Assembly: GCA_964016885.1 (NCBI GenBank)
Contig: OZ024742.1
Location: forward strand, 109,802,001-109,866,000
Direction: 5' to 3'
Source: Eledone cirrhosa
Taxonomy: Eukaryota
DNA length: 64,000 nt
The notes beneath the pieces were generated by a model. The model saw only the letters and a list, made by a program, of their open reading frames with translations. It did not search any database and was not told where the DNA came from. Positions 1-12,969 of the stretch are shown one piece after another. Numbering within the stretch: position 1 is the stretch's first letter; the number at the start of each line of letters is the position of its first letter. Made by a program: the position numbers and the translations under genes.

Positions 1-26
1 TGTGGTAGGGTATAATTCATATCAAT

Positions 27-440
27 TTGGAACCATCTGGGTTGTCCAGAAGTGACGGCAAAAGACCTGACGGTCTTACCCTGTGCCCCTGGTCAAGAAG
101 CAGGTGCCTTGTCTGTGACGTCACTGTTAGTGACTCCTTTGCTCCTTCCCACATCCTGGATGCTGCGGTTAGGACGAGAGCCACAGCTTCTGAAGCCAAG
201 CGGAGTAAGACCCTCAAATACTCTGATCTGTCGGCCAGCTACATTTTTCAGCCTGTGGCTTTCGAGATGTTTGGGGGAGTCGGGCCGCTGACTGCGAGGT
301 TCCCTTCCTCACTGGCGGCTCGCCTAATAGAGGTGACTGGCGAATCTCGCGAGGGTGCTTGGCTGTTTCAGCGCATCAGCCTCGCCATCACCCGAGGCAA
401 CGCTGCGAGTGTGCTGGCTTGCCTCAAAATCATTAGAGAG
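27..440 (+). mobile_element. CRE-clade non-LTR retrotransposon 3' fragment (restriction-like endonuclease domain), antisense in PINK1 intron 1
   Basis: ORF EPSGLSRSDGKRPDG...P-W...DVT..D...AEAKRSKTLKY...PVAFE..G..G...LFQRISLAITRGNA is the KRPD-type RLE domain of early-branching LINEs; GC-rich relative to flanks; same motifs at 49740-50245. Confidence 0.8.
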
Positions 441-558
441 GTTGCCCAGTACTCGCGACGTTGCTGTCTTTTGCTCTGGTGTTGGCTCCGTTGTTCACTC
501 CTTCTTCTACATTTTCTTTAATATTGTAGCATTGAAGGAATATATCTTTCATTATATC

Positions 559-742
559 GTGGATTGGCAGTATCGGTAGAGGGTCGGGCGTCATGATTTG
601 AGTACTGGGCAACCTTTATGATCTGAGTTCAAATTCCACCGAGGTTAACTTTGCCTTTCATCCTTACGGGATCGATAAAATAAAGTACCAGTAATGCACT
701 GAGATAATTGTTGGCCTGGTGCCAAAAGTAGAAACAATTATA
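559..742 (+). mobile_element. tRNA-derived SINE with Nin/Deu-like core
   Basis: A-box tggcagtatcggt, B-box gagttcaaattc, core gaggttaactttgcctttcatccttacggg.tcgataaaataaagtaccag, tail gtagaaacaatta; many copies in window. Confidence 0.8.
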
Positions 743-1098
743 TCATCCTTTGTAGTGCTACCGAGACATTTGTAATGTTATTTATGTATATATTTAAAAC
801 ATATTTGTTATGTTATTCTACTGTAAATTTATTTATATGCTGTTTATATTTTCATTCTGTAAGAATAATGTAAACTGATTTATACTAATAGTGTAAACTT
901 ATATTAATAATGATTTCTTTACTTCTTTATAATAATTTTTTTTGTGATTTTAAAAGACTTTATTGACATTTAGTAGCATAAAATATACGATTTAGCACTG
1001 TTGATATAATCTGTATACAGGACACAAACTTATTTCATTAGACTCCCCATAGATGTGTGATAAAGCAAAAAGCGAAAAAAACAATACTTTTAACTCAC

Positions 1099-1479
1099 CT
1101 GTAAATCCGAGATAATTTCGCCTAATTGCTGGGGACTGTTGTTATAAGGATGTCTATTATGAAAAGAGAAACCTAACAGAGCAAAAGTAGGAAGGTAAGT
1201 AGAACGAGAAAACCTGGGTGCTTTTGAAAACCTTGAGGCCAAATTTTGGCCCCAAAACCTAAAAGCGGCCCTGCGTCTCAGATCAGCCACGAAGTTGTTG
1301 GTACAGTAACGATATATCCATCGTGTTAGGGGAGTCCTGCATTTAGTAATGGAGGAAATCAGTGGCTTCTGGTGGCGTATTAGCCGAGTGAATTGACTAA
1401 ACCTCCAAAATGTACTGGACTGCTGTACTAAGTGATTCCTCACATTTAACAGTTGCTTGAACAGACCCCGAAAGGCCAT
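1099..1479 (-). CDS. PINK1: PTEN-induced kinase 1-like, first coding exon (mitochondrial targeting peptide and transmembrane-proximal region); rest of gene lies left of the window
   Basis: Arg-rich, acid-poor presequence MAFRGLFKQLL...; segment TNNFVADLRRRAA...PTFALLGFSF resembles the invertebrate PINK1 N-terminal motif (recalled as TNSLAADLRRRAA...PFFALVGVSL); ends at CAG|GTGAGT donor (intron starts 1098). Kinase domain is not in the window. Confidence 0.72.
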
Positions 1480-2229
1480 TTTGACGCTACCCTAATCTCT
1501 ACAACAGAAATAGGGAGAATGTGTGTGTTTGGTGTTCTGATGTCGTGGGAACACGCCCTAGACCTACAGTCTACCTTTGCTTAACTAATCTGCACAACTT
1601 TAATACAGATGCCCTCTGCTATTATAACAAAACAAGGTCACGATTTTACGCAATTCAATTTGGTTTTCATAAAAACAAGAAATTAAGTGCTTAAAATATT
1701 TATTTTAAAAGCTATCGAGTAAGCATGAATTTTGACATAGCATAACGCTTAAATTATTGACAAATAAAATTTAAACCAATAGTTGAAAAGTTGTTAAAAG
1801 TGCCGTGCTATCGGAAGTAATAATTTTCTCCTGGATTAATATTGTTGACAATGTAGATTTATCAAAACAAACACTACGTCGCAGACAAATTACCCCAGAT
1901 ATATTCTATATAGATAAATCATTGCATTTCTCATATAGGGGGGATGTCCACTCCTAGCTGAAAATATCACAATACGAATTTGATTAATGGTGAAATTGAA
2001 ACTTTCCTGATATAGCATATTTATTATTTATAGCGATGGAAAGAGTCTTAATGTTGTGGTTTCGCTACTTTTCATTTTATTTCTCGATTTTGTGCTGAGA
2101 TTGCCGAATATCTGAAATACTTAAAAAGAAACCTAAAACGTAGCAACGCAAATATAATTATATTTAAATCTAAATACAAGCATAAGCGTATGTAATTAAA
2201 GAAATATATATTAAATAAATTCGACCATT

Positions 2230-2280
2230 CTATAGTTTCGTAAACCAGGGGAGACAACTCATTAGCAATGCTAAGCGTGG
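2230..2280 (+). other. Putative 5' non-coding (uORF-bearing) first exon of ZMYND15-like gene
   Basis: Good donor GTGG|GTAAGG at 2280/2281 upstream of acceptor at 4211; start coordinate is approximate. Confidence 0.35.
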
Positions 2281-4221
2281 GTAAGGATTATATATTTATA
2301 ATAATGTTATATTTTGATTCATGTCATTTTAACTGTCTTTACTGAGGAAACGTGAAGATGCGTAACTTAGTGGTTAGGGTTTCCGATTCACTATCATAAA
2401 GTCGTGATTTCGATTCCCGGTGGCATGTTGTGTCCTTTACTTTACTTTGTTCCAGTTCATTCACGAGATGAACCTGTAATTCAAACGATCGACTTTGTTG
2501 CACCCTATGTCATGCTAAATCCCACTAAGAACTACATTAAGAGTTCATAAATTTGTGGAACACTCAGTCCCTTGCTCAATAATATATCGTCTGAACGTGC
2601 AATCCAAAAGGTCAGCCACGTCACACACTGTTGCATTGAATCTCCCTGAGAACTACGTTAAGATCACATGTGACTGGAATATGCAGCTATATACACGTTA
2701 ATTTCACGACCTGGCTGTTCCATTGATCCAACAACTGAAACTCTCATCTTAGAATCGACGGAAGTCCAACACACAGAAAATAATTATCGTTCTTAGGTAA
2801 CTTTGCCTTATCTATATATGCATAAACAATAGTCACTCAACGAGGAGAGCCAATGTAAAGGGTTCGGTTTACAACCTCGATGTGTTTTGTTTAACGCAAT
2901 ATTTGTGTGTGTTATTTATTATAAATTTAGGCACCGGGCCAGCAATGTGAGGAGGAGGGTAATGTCAATTAAACTTACTCAATTTATTTTATTGATCCTA
3001 GAAGGATGAAAGTCAAAGCTGATCTCAGCAGTATTTGAACTCAGAACGTAAATAGATGGCCAGAACAAATGCAGCAAAGTATTTTATCAGATGCTCTAAC
3101 GATTCTGCTAATTCAGTAACAATTTCTGACATAGAGAGAGATATCTATTTAATCGTTTAAATCGAGACCAATACTCTGTTGGTACTTATATTGATACCAC
3201 CACCCCATGTAGTGTGAAAAACAAAGTCGATCACGGCGGGATTTGAAGTCAGAAGATAAAGGGACGTAAATTTCTAGAGGCATATATTTTGTCGTTTCAA
3301 GCTTTTGCTATGTGTGAATATAATAATAACAATAAATTAAGGTGTGATCTTTCGTTTTAAGATCACAGACAACTTCTAGTAATTTCTATGAACGAAAATG
3401 ATGATTATAAACGTAACTGTAATGTATACCTTCGAAAATATATATCGGCAGAATAAGCATTACGAAAAAGATTACGAGGAAAGAAAGTCAGATGGGGTTA
3501 TGCAGTACTTTTTTAATAATGCATATTTTGCAGAGATATATTTTCGAAGATTTTCATTGCAATTATGTGTCTGTTTTTAATTGTCATTTTCACTCATGGA
3601 AATTACCATTGTCTATTTTCTTAAAACGAAGGGGCTACCAAGGCAGATTTGATTTCCAAGACCTAACCTAAATCTCTCATCAACTACAAAGATGACAGAG
3701 AGATGCAATAACAGGTTTCAAACTGAATAATGAAGTTTTGAAAATGGTAGTTTGAACAGATATTAGGTTGAAGGAGAAGAATGACCTACCCAGACTGGTG
3801 TAGCCAATAGCATAACAGCCAATAGACTTCATGTAACTCACACCTGCTTTTTATGATGGGAGACAGTCAATTGATGAGTATAGCCTCTTTGATACATAAA
3901 TTTCTTATGTTTTGTTCTGTGGCTCTATGGTTGTTGTTGTTGGACCTTCGCCATTTCCAATAACAAGTGCTCCAATTGACTCACTCGCCAGAACTACTTG
4001 CATGTGAAATTAACGTGTGAGTTAAGTGGCAGGTAAGTGAACTGGAGCAACATGAAATTAAGCTCAAGTACACAATGTGTCACCTAGTCCAGGGATCAAA
4101 CTCACAACTTTACAAACATGAGCTGAACATCTCTAACCTCTAATCCACCTGCCTCTATGGTAAACTTTAGATAAACAGAAGGGAACTCATTGTTTATATA
4201 TTTATCTTCAGATTTGAGAAA

Positions 4222-4330
4222 ATGGAATATGAAGAAGAAAATATAGTTTCATTATCAGAAGTGAATATTTCTCAGCTGCCGGCTCAAGATATTCTTTGGA
4301 TTCTGCATGCTGAAACAACTAGTCTTGATG
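4222..4330 (+). CDS. ZMYND15: ZMYND15-like coding exon 1 (MEYEEENIVSLSEVNISQLPAQDILWILHAETTSLD)
   Basis: Acceptor ttcag at 4211, ATG at 4222, donor G|GTGAG at 4330; phase 1 fits next exon. Confidence 0.65.
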
Positions 4331-4704
4331 GTGAGGCTTTTTCGGTTTGTTATATTCTTTGGACACTAGTACATATTTTTCAAGTCTTGTAATTATTTTA
4401 TCAGTTTCTTTTTCTTTGTAATCATAAGTACAGGCACATTCACACATATACACATATATGAAACAAACACCATAACCACTCAGCCATGTTTGCACTTACA
4501 CAAAATAAAAGGAAATGAAATAACAGCAGCTGCCACAGTGTTATTGTTTAGTTTCTCTCTTTTTCTTTATGTATTGACTATATGTTTACTTTGTTATGGG
4601 ATAAATAAATAAAGCTTTTAAGTTATGATCTTTCAGCTGTGGTGAACTTAATACTGCCATCTGGTTACTATATATTTATAATATGTCAGTCCTCCGCACA
4701 TGGG

Positions 4705-4742
<38 letters not shown>

Positions 4743-4835
4743 CCCATATATATATGCATTTAAAAGTAATAACAAAACAAGTGGCACAGTACATTGAAGA
4801 AATATATTAGTTTAATGCTTGAAATAGTCAGAAGA

Positions 4836-4876
4836 TAGTCTTAACGTTTTGGACACTAGTCCTTCATCAGAAGATA
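4836..4876 (-). ncRNA. Degenerate minimal hammerhead ribozyme motif in a Penelope-like terminal repeat relic
   Basis: Minus strand CUGAUGA-A-GGAC(uagu)GUCC-AAAAC-GU-UA; GAAA mutated to AAAA; preceded by a pyrimidine-rich tract. Confidence 0.55.
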
Positions 4877-5189
4877 GAGTTAGAAATAGAAGATAAATAG
4901 AAAGTAAAGAGTGAAGAGAGGAAGGAATGGGGAAAATGAGAAAAACCTTTGTGGATGAGAAAAAAAAACATGCATATTCAGTTGGCCATCTTGATAACAA
5001 GGATATATGTATATCTTGTTAGCAGAGAAATTGGACATTAAATGATGATGATGATGATATATTATCATCATGTAATGTCCCTTTCCTCTGCTAATTTCAA
5101 AACAGTTGAGAAGGGCATGACAATCTTTCTAGTGCTGGTGCCTCAATAAAATGCACTCGGTATGCGTTGTAAAGTTATAGTGGAGTATA

Positions 5190-5730
5190 TGAAAAAAATA
5201 CAAATGTTTATGTATAATGAACATATGAGAATCTCGCTGTGAATATTTTAAATTGTGATCATGTCACACCATCTCAGTAGCGGAGAAGATGCCAAATAGC
5301 TATTTCTGGATTTTAATCCACTGTCAGTGACATTTACTCGCTTGCTACTGAGATAAAATAGGCTAAAACTTATATAGTTTTTGCATATGAAACATTGGCT
5401 GGGGATACTCATTTACATATAGTGCGGACTTGATAAATGAAAGGGAAATAATTAGAAGTGGCACCGACATAGTGTGGTTCATTAAAGAAGTGTATTTGAA
5501 AGTGTATACATGTTTATGTATAATAAACATATGAGTCTATAAATTTTTTTTAAGACTGTGACTGTGCTCACTGCTATCTCAGAAGTGATGAGAATGCCAC
5601 ATAGCTATTTCTGGATTTTTAATTGTCATCAGTGACATATATTCACTCACGACTGAGACAAAATAGGCTAAAACCTATATGGTCTTTGCATATGAAACTT
5701 TGGCTGGGAATGCTCATTAGCATATATGAT
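5190..5730. repeat. Diverged tandem duplication of ~300 bp
   Basis: atgtttatgtataat..acatatgag and gataaaataggctaaaac..tatat..tttgcatatgaaac..tggctggg..tcatt..catat each occur twice ~305 bp apart. Confidence 0.75.
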
Positions 5731-6329
5731 GAACTATATTAGTGCTACTTCTAATTATAACTGTAAAGTGGTTGGCATTAGAAAGAGCATCCAACTGTAG
5801 AAACCATACCAAAATCAGATGTATGTAAAACATGGCCGCCCACCTGTCTAAAAAGATGACTCTGATTAAGTACTGACTTGGTGTGCAATGATCCATCCAA
5901 TCCATAACAGCATGAAAAAAATGTACTTATAATGATTATATATATACACCCCACTACCCCTACTCATCCCACATCCACTCACACCACCCGTTCTCTGTAA
6001 AGTTATGTTGGTGCCACAGAACATCCAGTCCAATGTAAAGTGATTGTGTAGGTGTCATGACAAAAAGCACCCAGTCCACGCTGTAAAGTAGGAGACATGG
6101 TAAAAAGGTTCCCAGTCCACACTGTAAATGTGGTTGGTGTTAGGAAGGGCATCCAGCCATAGAAAACCTGCCAAATACAATTCTATAAGAGAGAGACATG
6201 GTCACCCGACCAATCTTGCCTCAAGTAGGACAATCCCATCTAACCCATGCTAGCGTTGAAGATGGACGTTAAACGATAATGATGATGATATATATATAAT
6301 AACAATTATTATTATTATTATCATTATTA

Positions 6330-6552
6330 GGGCGGTGGATTGGCAGTATTGGGAGAGCGTTGAACAATATGCTTTGCGGTATAGAGTTACGACTCTTTAC
6401 GTTCTGAATTCAAATCCTGTCGAGGTTAGCTTTACCTTTCATCCTTACAGGGTCGATAAAATAAAGTACCAGTGATACACTGGGGTCGATTTAGTCGACT
6501 TTCCCCTTCCCGTCAAATTTCTGGCCTTGTGCCTATAATAGAAATCATTATT
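6330..6552 (+). mobile_element. Nin/Deu-core SINE, longer subfamily
   Basis: gggcggtggattggcagtat...gtcgataaaataaagtaccag...ggccttgtgcctataatagaaatcattatt. Confidence 0.8.
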
Positions 6553-6720
6553 ATTATCATTATCATGGCACCAGTGAACTGGGCACTTTTTCTTATAACA
6601 CCAACACAACCATTTTACAACGTGAACTAGACGCTTCTATGATATATATGTGTGATATATACATTTATATAATATATATGTGCATATTATATCAAATATC
6701 TATGTCCCTATATCTTTCAG

Positions 6721-6916
6721 ATTCTGGAGAAACTGCTTTGATTCTTTGTGTACAAGATGAAAGGGGTGTACAGTTAGCCAGTGCTGTTGTTGATTCAATG
6801 CTTTCCCTAGAATTTAATTCTATCTTTTGTCTTCTAAGCCAAGCTATGTTGTACCCTTCCAAAGGAAAACCTCGGAAACCTCGTTGCCTCACTTGCAACG
6901 CAGCCAATCTTTTCCA
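6721..6916 (+). CDS. ZMYND15: ZMYND15-like coding exon 2
   Basis: DSGETALILCVQDERGVQLAS...AMLYPSKGKPRKPRCLT resembles ZMYND15 LLLVTDEHG...MACPMGSGDPRKPRQLT; tttcag acceptor, CA|GTGAGT donor. Confidence 0.85.
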
Positions 6917-7026
6917 GTGAGTCTTTTTTTTTTTTGCTATGTAAAACTTTTACACATTTTTATACAAAACCACCCATTTTGAAAGGTTCCTACATAATTT
7001 TGAAATAATATCTTGCTTTTCCGTTG

Positions 7027-7760
7027 CACACCTAATTACATCTGGTAAGACACATAATTACATCTTGTGACGCAGCTAACTACATCTGGCAACACACATA
7101 ATACATATGGTGACACACCTAATTACATCTTGTGGGACACCTAATTTCATCTGGTATCACACCTAACAACATCTTGTGACATCTAATTACATCTTGTGAT
7201 GCACCTAATTACATCTTGTGGCATACCTAACTACATCTGGTGACACACCTAATTACATCTAGTGGTACACCTAATTACATCTTATGACACATCTAGTGAC
7301 ACTTCTAACTACATCATGTGACACACCTAATTACATCTTGTGGTACATCTAATTACATCCTGGCACACCTATTTACATCTAATGATACACCTAATTACAT
7401 ATTGTGACATACCTATTTACATCTTGTGGAACACCTATTTACATCTTTCAGTAAACCTAACTGTGGAGGCATGTGGCCTAGTGGTAAGGGTGTTGGACAT
7501 ATGATCATAATGTTCGAATCCTGGGCTGGGTTGCTTGTTGTGTTCTTGAGCAAAACACTTCATTTCATGTTGCTCCAGTATACTCAGCTGAAAATGAGTA
7601 CCAGCAATAGCTGTGGGTTTAGCCCTGCGATGGACTGGCATCCTGTTCAGTGGGGAGTCTTGTACTCTCAGTTGCTTCACGCCGTGAAACTGGGATAAGC
7701 ACTGGCCTAACAAGCCTTCTGGCTTAAGACAGACTTTGGTGTACACCTAACTACATCTGG
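7027..7760 (+). repeat. ~22-bp minisatellite (gacacacctaattacatcttgt) interrupted by a CORE-like SINE at ~7464-7735
   Basis: About 20 imperfect units at 7027-7461; one more unit resumes at 7741-7760. Confidence 0.85.
7464..7735 (+). mobile_element. CORE-like tRNA-derived SINE
   Basis: tggcctagtggtaaggg (A box), gttcgaatcc (B box), tgtgttcttgagcaaaacactt core. Confidence 0.7.
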
Positions 7761-7863
7761 CTTTGGGTAGTTTAGGAACTACTGCTGTAGAACATAATTA
7801 GTTTTGAAACTTGATGTAAAACAAATTCTACTTTATTCTTGTACCTCACTTTTGTCATTTCAG

Positions 7864-8016
7864 ATGTTTGAAATCAGGACATACTAAACTGAATGAGATA
7901 AGACTCCCTATATTTTATGGCAGTGATCTCATTCTTCCATCTCTATCTGAGCCTCTCTTATTTTATCAATGTAGTACCTGTCATATTAGAGCAACCCCAC
8001 CTTACTTCCATACTTG
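7864..8016 (+). CDS. ZMYND15: ZMYND15-like coding exon 3 (start of MYND finger, CSTC)
   Basis: tttcag acceptor, TG|GTAAGT donor, open in phase 2, encodes QCSTCHIRATPPYFHTC. Confidence 0.8.
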
Positions 8017-8649
8017 GTAAGTATAATGGCTTTGATGTTATTGGTGACGGTGGCCATTGCTGCTGCTGTTGTTATTGGTGGTGGTGTAGTTGTTGATAAT
8101 GTTGTTGGTATTTGTGGTAGTGTAGTATGGTGGTGGTGGTGTAGTTGTTCTTTTTGTTGACGTTGTTGCTGTTGTTTTAGTTGAATGATATGGCCGGGAA
8201 TGGTGGAGGAAGAAATGTAAGCCAGAATAAAAGTTAGTGAAGGTTGATGCAGCTGATTGGGCAAAGTAGAGAAACTTGTCATTGGGCCTTGAAATCCTAA
8301 TTCCTGGCTTAGCCAGGGAAAATGGCCTTAAAACACTTGTTATTGTTGCTGCATTCATGCCCAGCATCCCTGGTTTGAAGGAAACTTCCATTTGCCTGAG
8401 AGACTCTGAAACAAAAAAAAGGCTTATGGCCATTGCTCCTCCTTCCATGGGCACTCCCCCACCTGCTATCAGGTAAAAAACAAGTTTATCCTACATATAT
8501 TAAATGAAAAACAAAATCTATTACCCATACCACTACTGCTGCTGCTGCTACTGCTACTACTACTACTACTACCACCACTACCAATACTATTATTATCATT
8601 ACTACTACTACAACTACTGCTACTACTACCACCAATGTTTGTGTTGTAG

Positions 8650-8819
8650 CCAGCAGTGTCAGTGTGTGAGGTATTGTAGTCAGAAATGTCAGTTGACAGA
8701 CTGGAATGGTAAGATGGAAGGAGATCCGAAAAGTTGCCACCAAGATTGGTGTCTCACAATGCAGACTTACCAGGAAGCCACCAAGACTCTGGCTGATCTG
8801 CCATTTGATTTTATTAAAG
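8650..8819 (+). CDS. ZMYND15: ZMYND15-like coding exon 4 (MYND finger)
   Basis: CQQCQCVRYCSQKCQLTDW...HQDWC...LADLPF, canonical MYND Cys/His pattern; tag acceptor, G|GTAAC donor. Confidence 0.9.
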
Positions 8820-9687
8820 GTAACTTTATAGATATCTTTTTACTTTCCCTCATATGTGTGGATGTAACATGACTGAATGGTTAAGAAGTTCGCTTCACAA
8901 TCATTAGGTCCTGGATTCAGTCCGATTGTTTGGTATCTTGGGCAAGTATCATTTAACATAGCTTTGGGTCAAGCCAAGCCTTGTGAGTGGAATTGGGTAG
9001 ATGGAAATTGTTTGGAAGCCCATCGAATTGACTGTACCTGTAATTCAGAGAGCTTGCGTTGACACACATATACACACACTGTATCATGCTGAATCTCCTC
9101 GAGAATTATTTTAAAGGTACATGTCTCAGTGGAATGCTCAGCCACTTGTATGTTAATTTCTTGAGCAGATCGTTCCATTGATTGAATAACTGAGGCAGTA
9201 GAAATCAACAGGTCCATTCCATTCCATTCATATGTATTTCATTCACTACTTACCCTTGATTTAATTGTGGATTGGTGAAGGAGCTCACAAGGCTAACTTC
9301 TGCTTAACCATTTCATTACCAATTTGGCCAAGGAAAAAAATATTAATTTTAAAGAGTTCTTATTTAAATTAAAATTCTCCAACATAATTTTATTTAAGAA
9401 TTATATGTTAAGTTACTATCTTAGTGCTGAAATGATCAATTATTGATTATTTCACTGCTAAAACTATACTAAAATTATAATTTTACTAAATTATACTAAA
9501 ATCATAATTTTAGTAAATCCCTCAAAATTCATTGATTGTTTGAATTAGAGTATGGTCATGAAAGGTTTAAAATGCCTGTTGTCTTAGCACTTGTTATAAT
9601 TATTGATTGCTTTTACAGAAAAATATTAATTTTTCATATGAATATTGATATTTTGAACTAATTATTAACAATTGTGTTTTTGTTTAG

Positions 9688-9810
9688 AAACAACATCCCA
9701 AGATTTTACACCAAAAAAATATAAAGATTTTCTAGTCCTTCATGGGGTTTACAACATTGGTGTTTGGCGCTATGAGTGCCCTTCAAAAGAGTTGTCAGTT
9801 TGGGAATTTG
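9688..9810 (+). CDS. ZMYND15: ZMYND15-like coding exon 5
   Basis: ETTSQDFTPKKYKDFLVLHGVYNIGVWRYEC; tttag acceptor, G|GTGAGT donor. Confidence 0.85.
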
Positions 9811-11353
9811 GTGAGTGTAAAGTTTATATCATTATGAAAAGAATATCATCATTGTCATTATCATAGATCCGCTTTCTATGTTGACATGGATGGGACAGGT
9901 TATCACAGTTCAAGACTAAATGGTTGGAGAGACTTCCTCTTGTTTATATGTTCCATATTTGACATGATTTCTACAGCTCGATGCCCTCCCTAATGCCAAC
10001 CAGTTTACAGTTCTATTATCATTTCACTATATTTCATTTTAATCTTTTATCATGTATCCTATTGCCATTTTTTATTTGTTACTTTCACCCTTTTGATACT
10101 AAACAACATGAAATCACTCCAGGTTCCTGATGATAATCATCATTTAATATCCATTTCCCTACTAGCAAACAAATACGAAGCTGTTTGTTTGAAAGAATAT
10201 ATAATTATTTAAAAACATTCCATCATAATTTTATGTAAAATCTTTAAGTTATGTTCCAAACAGTAGCTAGCTTAAAAATGAGAAAGTTAGTTCATCATCT
10301 TCGTTTTAATGTCCGCTTTCCCTGCTAGCAAGGGACACAACTGAGGGTTCTCCTGACTCTTTGTTTGGCAAGTTCTCTACGGATAGATGCCTTTCCTATC
10401 ACCAACCACTTTACAGTGTATAGTGGGTGTATTTATTGTGTAGTTCACCAAACACTAGGAAGGCTGTCATGCCTTGACATGACTGAGGGGTTCTCCTTAC
10501 CTTTTAGTTATATTTTTAGATCATTGAAAATTCTTGATTATTTTCAAAGTTATTTGAAAATCATAGGCAGTATTTCTCATTAGAAATATGGTTAAAAAAA
10601 ATAGATTGAAATGTCTATATCAACCTAAAATCTTTCTATCATAATTTTATATAGGAACAATTTTATTAAGCTATGCTTTAAACACTAATTTAATGATGAG
10701 AAATTTAGTTATATCAAGTTACTTAAAATTCTTGATCATTACCAAAATTATTTAAAAATCCTAGGCAATATATTTCATTAGATAATGAAAGAGTTATATA
10801 TGCATCTATATATTAAGTTTTTGTGATATCACTGCTACTCTCTATTTCCCTAACCCTTAAACTAAAAGTGGCATATGGGACCTGTCTGGTGTTAGTTCAA
10901 GAACAACACTCCAATCTACTCCAACAAATGTGTGAATTGTGCTAATATAGTAAATCTTTCATTAATTTCATTCATTTATCTTTTCTTTTTTTAATTCATG
11001 AACATGGAGGCACATGGCTTTATTTCACATCGCTCCAGTTTACTCAGCTGTAGAAATGAGATGATAGGACTGGGGTCCCTATCATTCCACTGCAAAGTGG
11101 TAGTGGAGGTGCCACGGCAAAAAAGCACCCAGCACTCACTGTAAATGAGGTTGGTGTTAGGAAGGGCATCCAGCTGTAGAAATCAAGCCAGAATCAGTTC
11201 ACATCCCACCCTTGCAAGCAGGGAAAAGCGGACGTAAAATGAAATGAAATGATGATGATGAACCTTCTCTCTTTCTCTCTCTCTCTCTCTCTCTTTCCTT
11301 CACTGTGCCTCCCTTTCCTTCAACTCTTTACTCCTTCTTTTCTTGAATTTTAG

Positions 11354-11587
11354 GTGAACTTACAGAAGTTGATTTTCCTTTTGTTTTGACTGAAGAAAGA
11401 GAACTAGGGAGTCTGGCAGGATTGAACCTGCAGCAACAAACAGAGATAGGTGAATGTGGTACTGAGATTGTTAACTGGTTTTCCTACTACAAGTGGCGAT
11501 CATTTAGTCTCAACAGTCCTGTGGCTATCTTGCTTAGTTACCCTTTAACCCTCTACTATATTGTTACATCTTGTCTACAGTTACATT
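11354..11587 (+). CDS. ZMYND15: ZMYND15-like coding exon 6
   Basis: NWFSYYKWRSFSLNSPVAILLSYPLTLYYIV is the conserved ZMYND15/MSS51-type motif; tag acceptor, T|GTAAG donor. Confidence 0.92.
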
Positions 11588-12082
11588 GTAAGCAACACAT
11601 TTCCTTTTGCATGCATTCATTTTATTTTGTTTTTTGTTCTGTTTTTTTTTTTACACAACGACACAGATATTTTATTTTATCAACCTTCCCCCGATAGATG
11701 AACAACAAAGTTGTGACCTCAGTAGGATTTGAACACAGAAGACAAAGCATCAAAAGAAATACTGCTGTGTATTTTGTCTAATGTTCTAATGGTTTCTAAT
11801 TTTGGCACAAGGCCAGCATTTTGGGGGAGGGGAAAATTGATTATTTTGACTACCAGTATTTTACTGGTACTTTATCTTATCAACCCGTGGAAGAATGGAA
11901 AGCAAATTTTACTTTGGCAGGATTTGAACTTAATGTAAAGAGTTGTAACATATATCAATCCATCACCCTCAGCAACAATAATAATAATAATGTTTCTACT
12001 TTTGGCACAAGGCCAGCAATTACCCCAGCGCATGGCCTTGTGCCAATAACAACAACAACACTTACATATATTTCATAGCATT

Positions 12083-12472
12083 GGTGGATTGGCAGTATCA
12101 GTAGAGAGTCGGACGCCATGCTTTCCAGCATAGTTACGTCCCTTTACGATCTGAGTTCAAATCTCGCCGAGGTTAACTTTGCCTTTCATCCTTACGGGGT
12201 CGATAAAATAAAGTACCAGTAATGTACTGGGTAATTGCTGGCCTTGTGCCAAAAGTAGAAACAATTATTAATTAAGGGCAGTGGATTGGCAGTATCGGTA
12301 GAGGGTCGGACGCCATGCTTTGCAGCATAGAGTTACGGCCCTTTATGGTCTGAGTTCAAATCCCTCCGAGGTTAACTTTGCCTTTCATCCTTACGGGGTC
12401 GATAAAATAAAGTACCAGTAATACACTGGGATAATTGCTGGCCTTGTGCCTAAAGTAGAAACAATTATTAAT
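12083..12472 (+). mobile_element. Two tandem young Nin/Deu-core SINE copies
   Basis: Two consecutive ~190-bp units, each ending gtagaaacaattattaatt. Confidence 0.85.
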
Positions 12473-12969
12473 TTTTATGAAAATAACTTCATATTGGAAA
12501 ATAATGAAGAATTTGGAGGGATTTTATAATATAACTAAATTTCTCATTGTTGAACTGATATTTAGAACATAACTTGATAGAGGTTATAACAGAAAATTAT
12601 AATGGAAGGTTTTTAGATAAATATATAAACTTTAAAATAATAAACAGCTTAGTATTATAGAACCAGGAATGGTTTCAGACACTTTGGTATCAAAAGGGCT
12701 AAGCTGGGGTTTGGAACATAACAAAGTTTCTTATCTAAAATTCTAATGGAAGGTTTTTAAATAAATATATAAACTTTTTAAAAAAACAGCTTAGTATTGA
12801 AGAGCCAGGGAAAATTTCAGGCTGTTGAGTATCAAAAGAGTTACGATATAGGAATTTTTTAAATATGTTCATTGTATAATGTTCTTACTCTTCTCTTTGT
12901 TTTGATATGACTTTGTTTTGTTCATCCCCAACCCATTTGTAATTACTCCTTATTTCTTCCAAAATGTAG

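Noticed and set aside
8038-8476. 138-aa minus and 66-aa plus ORFs inside a ZMYND15 intron
   Set aside because: No recognisable domain; partly triplet repeats and a decayed LINE-tail-like stretch
12083-12170. tRNA-like A/B boxes
   Set aside because: SINE heads, not tRNA genes; no cloverleaf and followed by the SINE core
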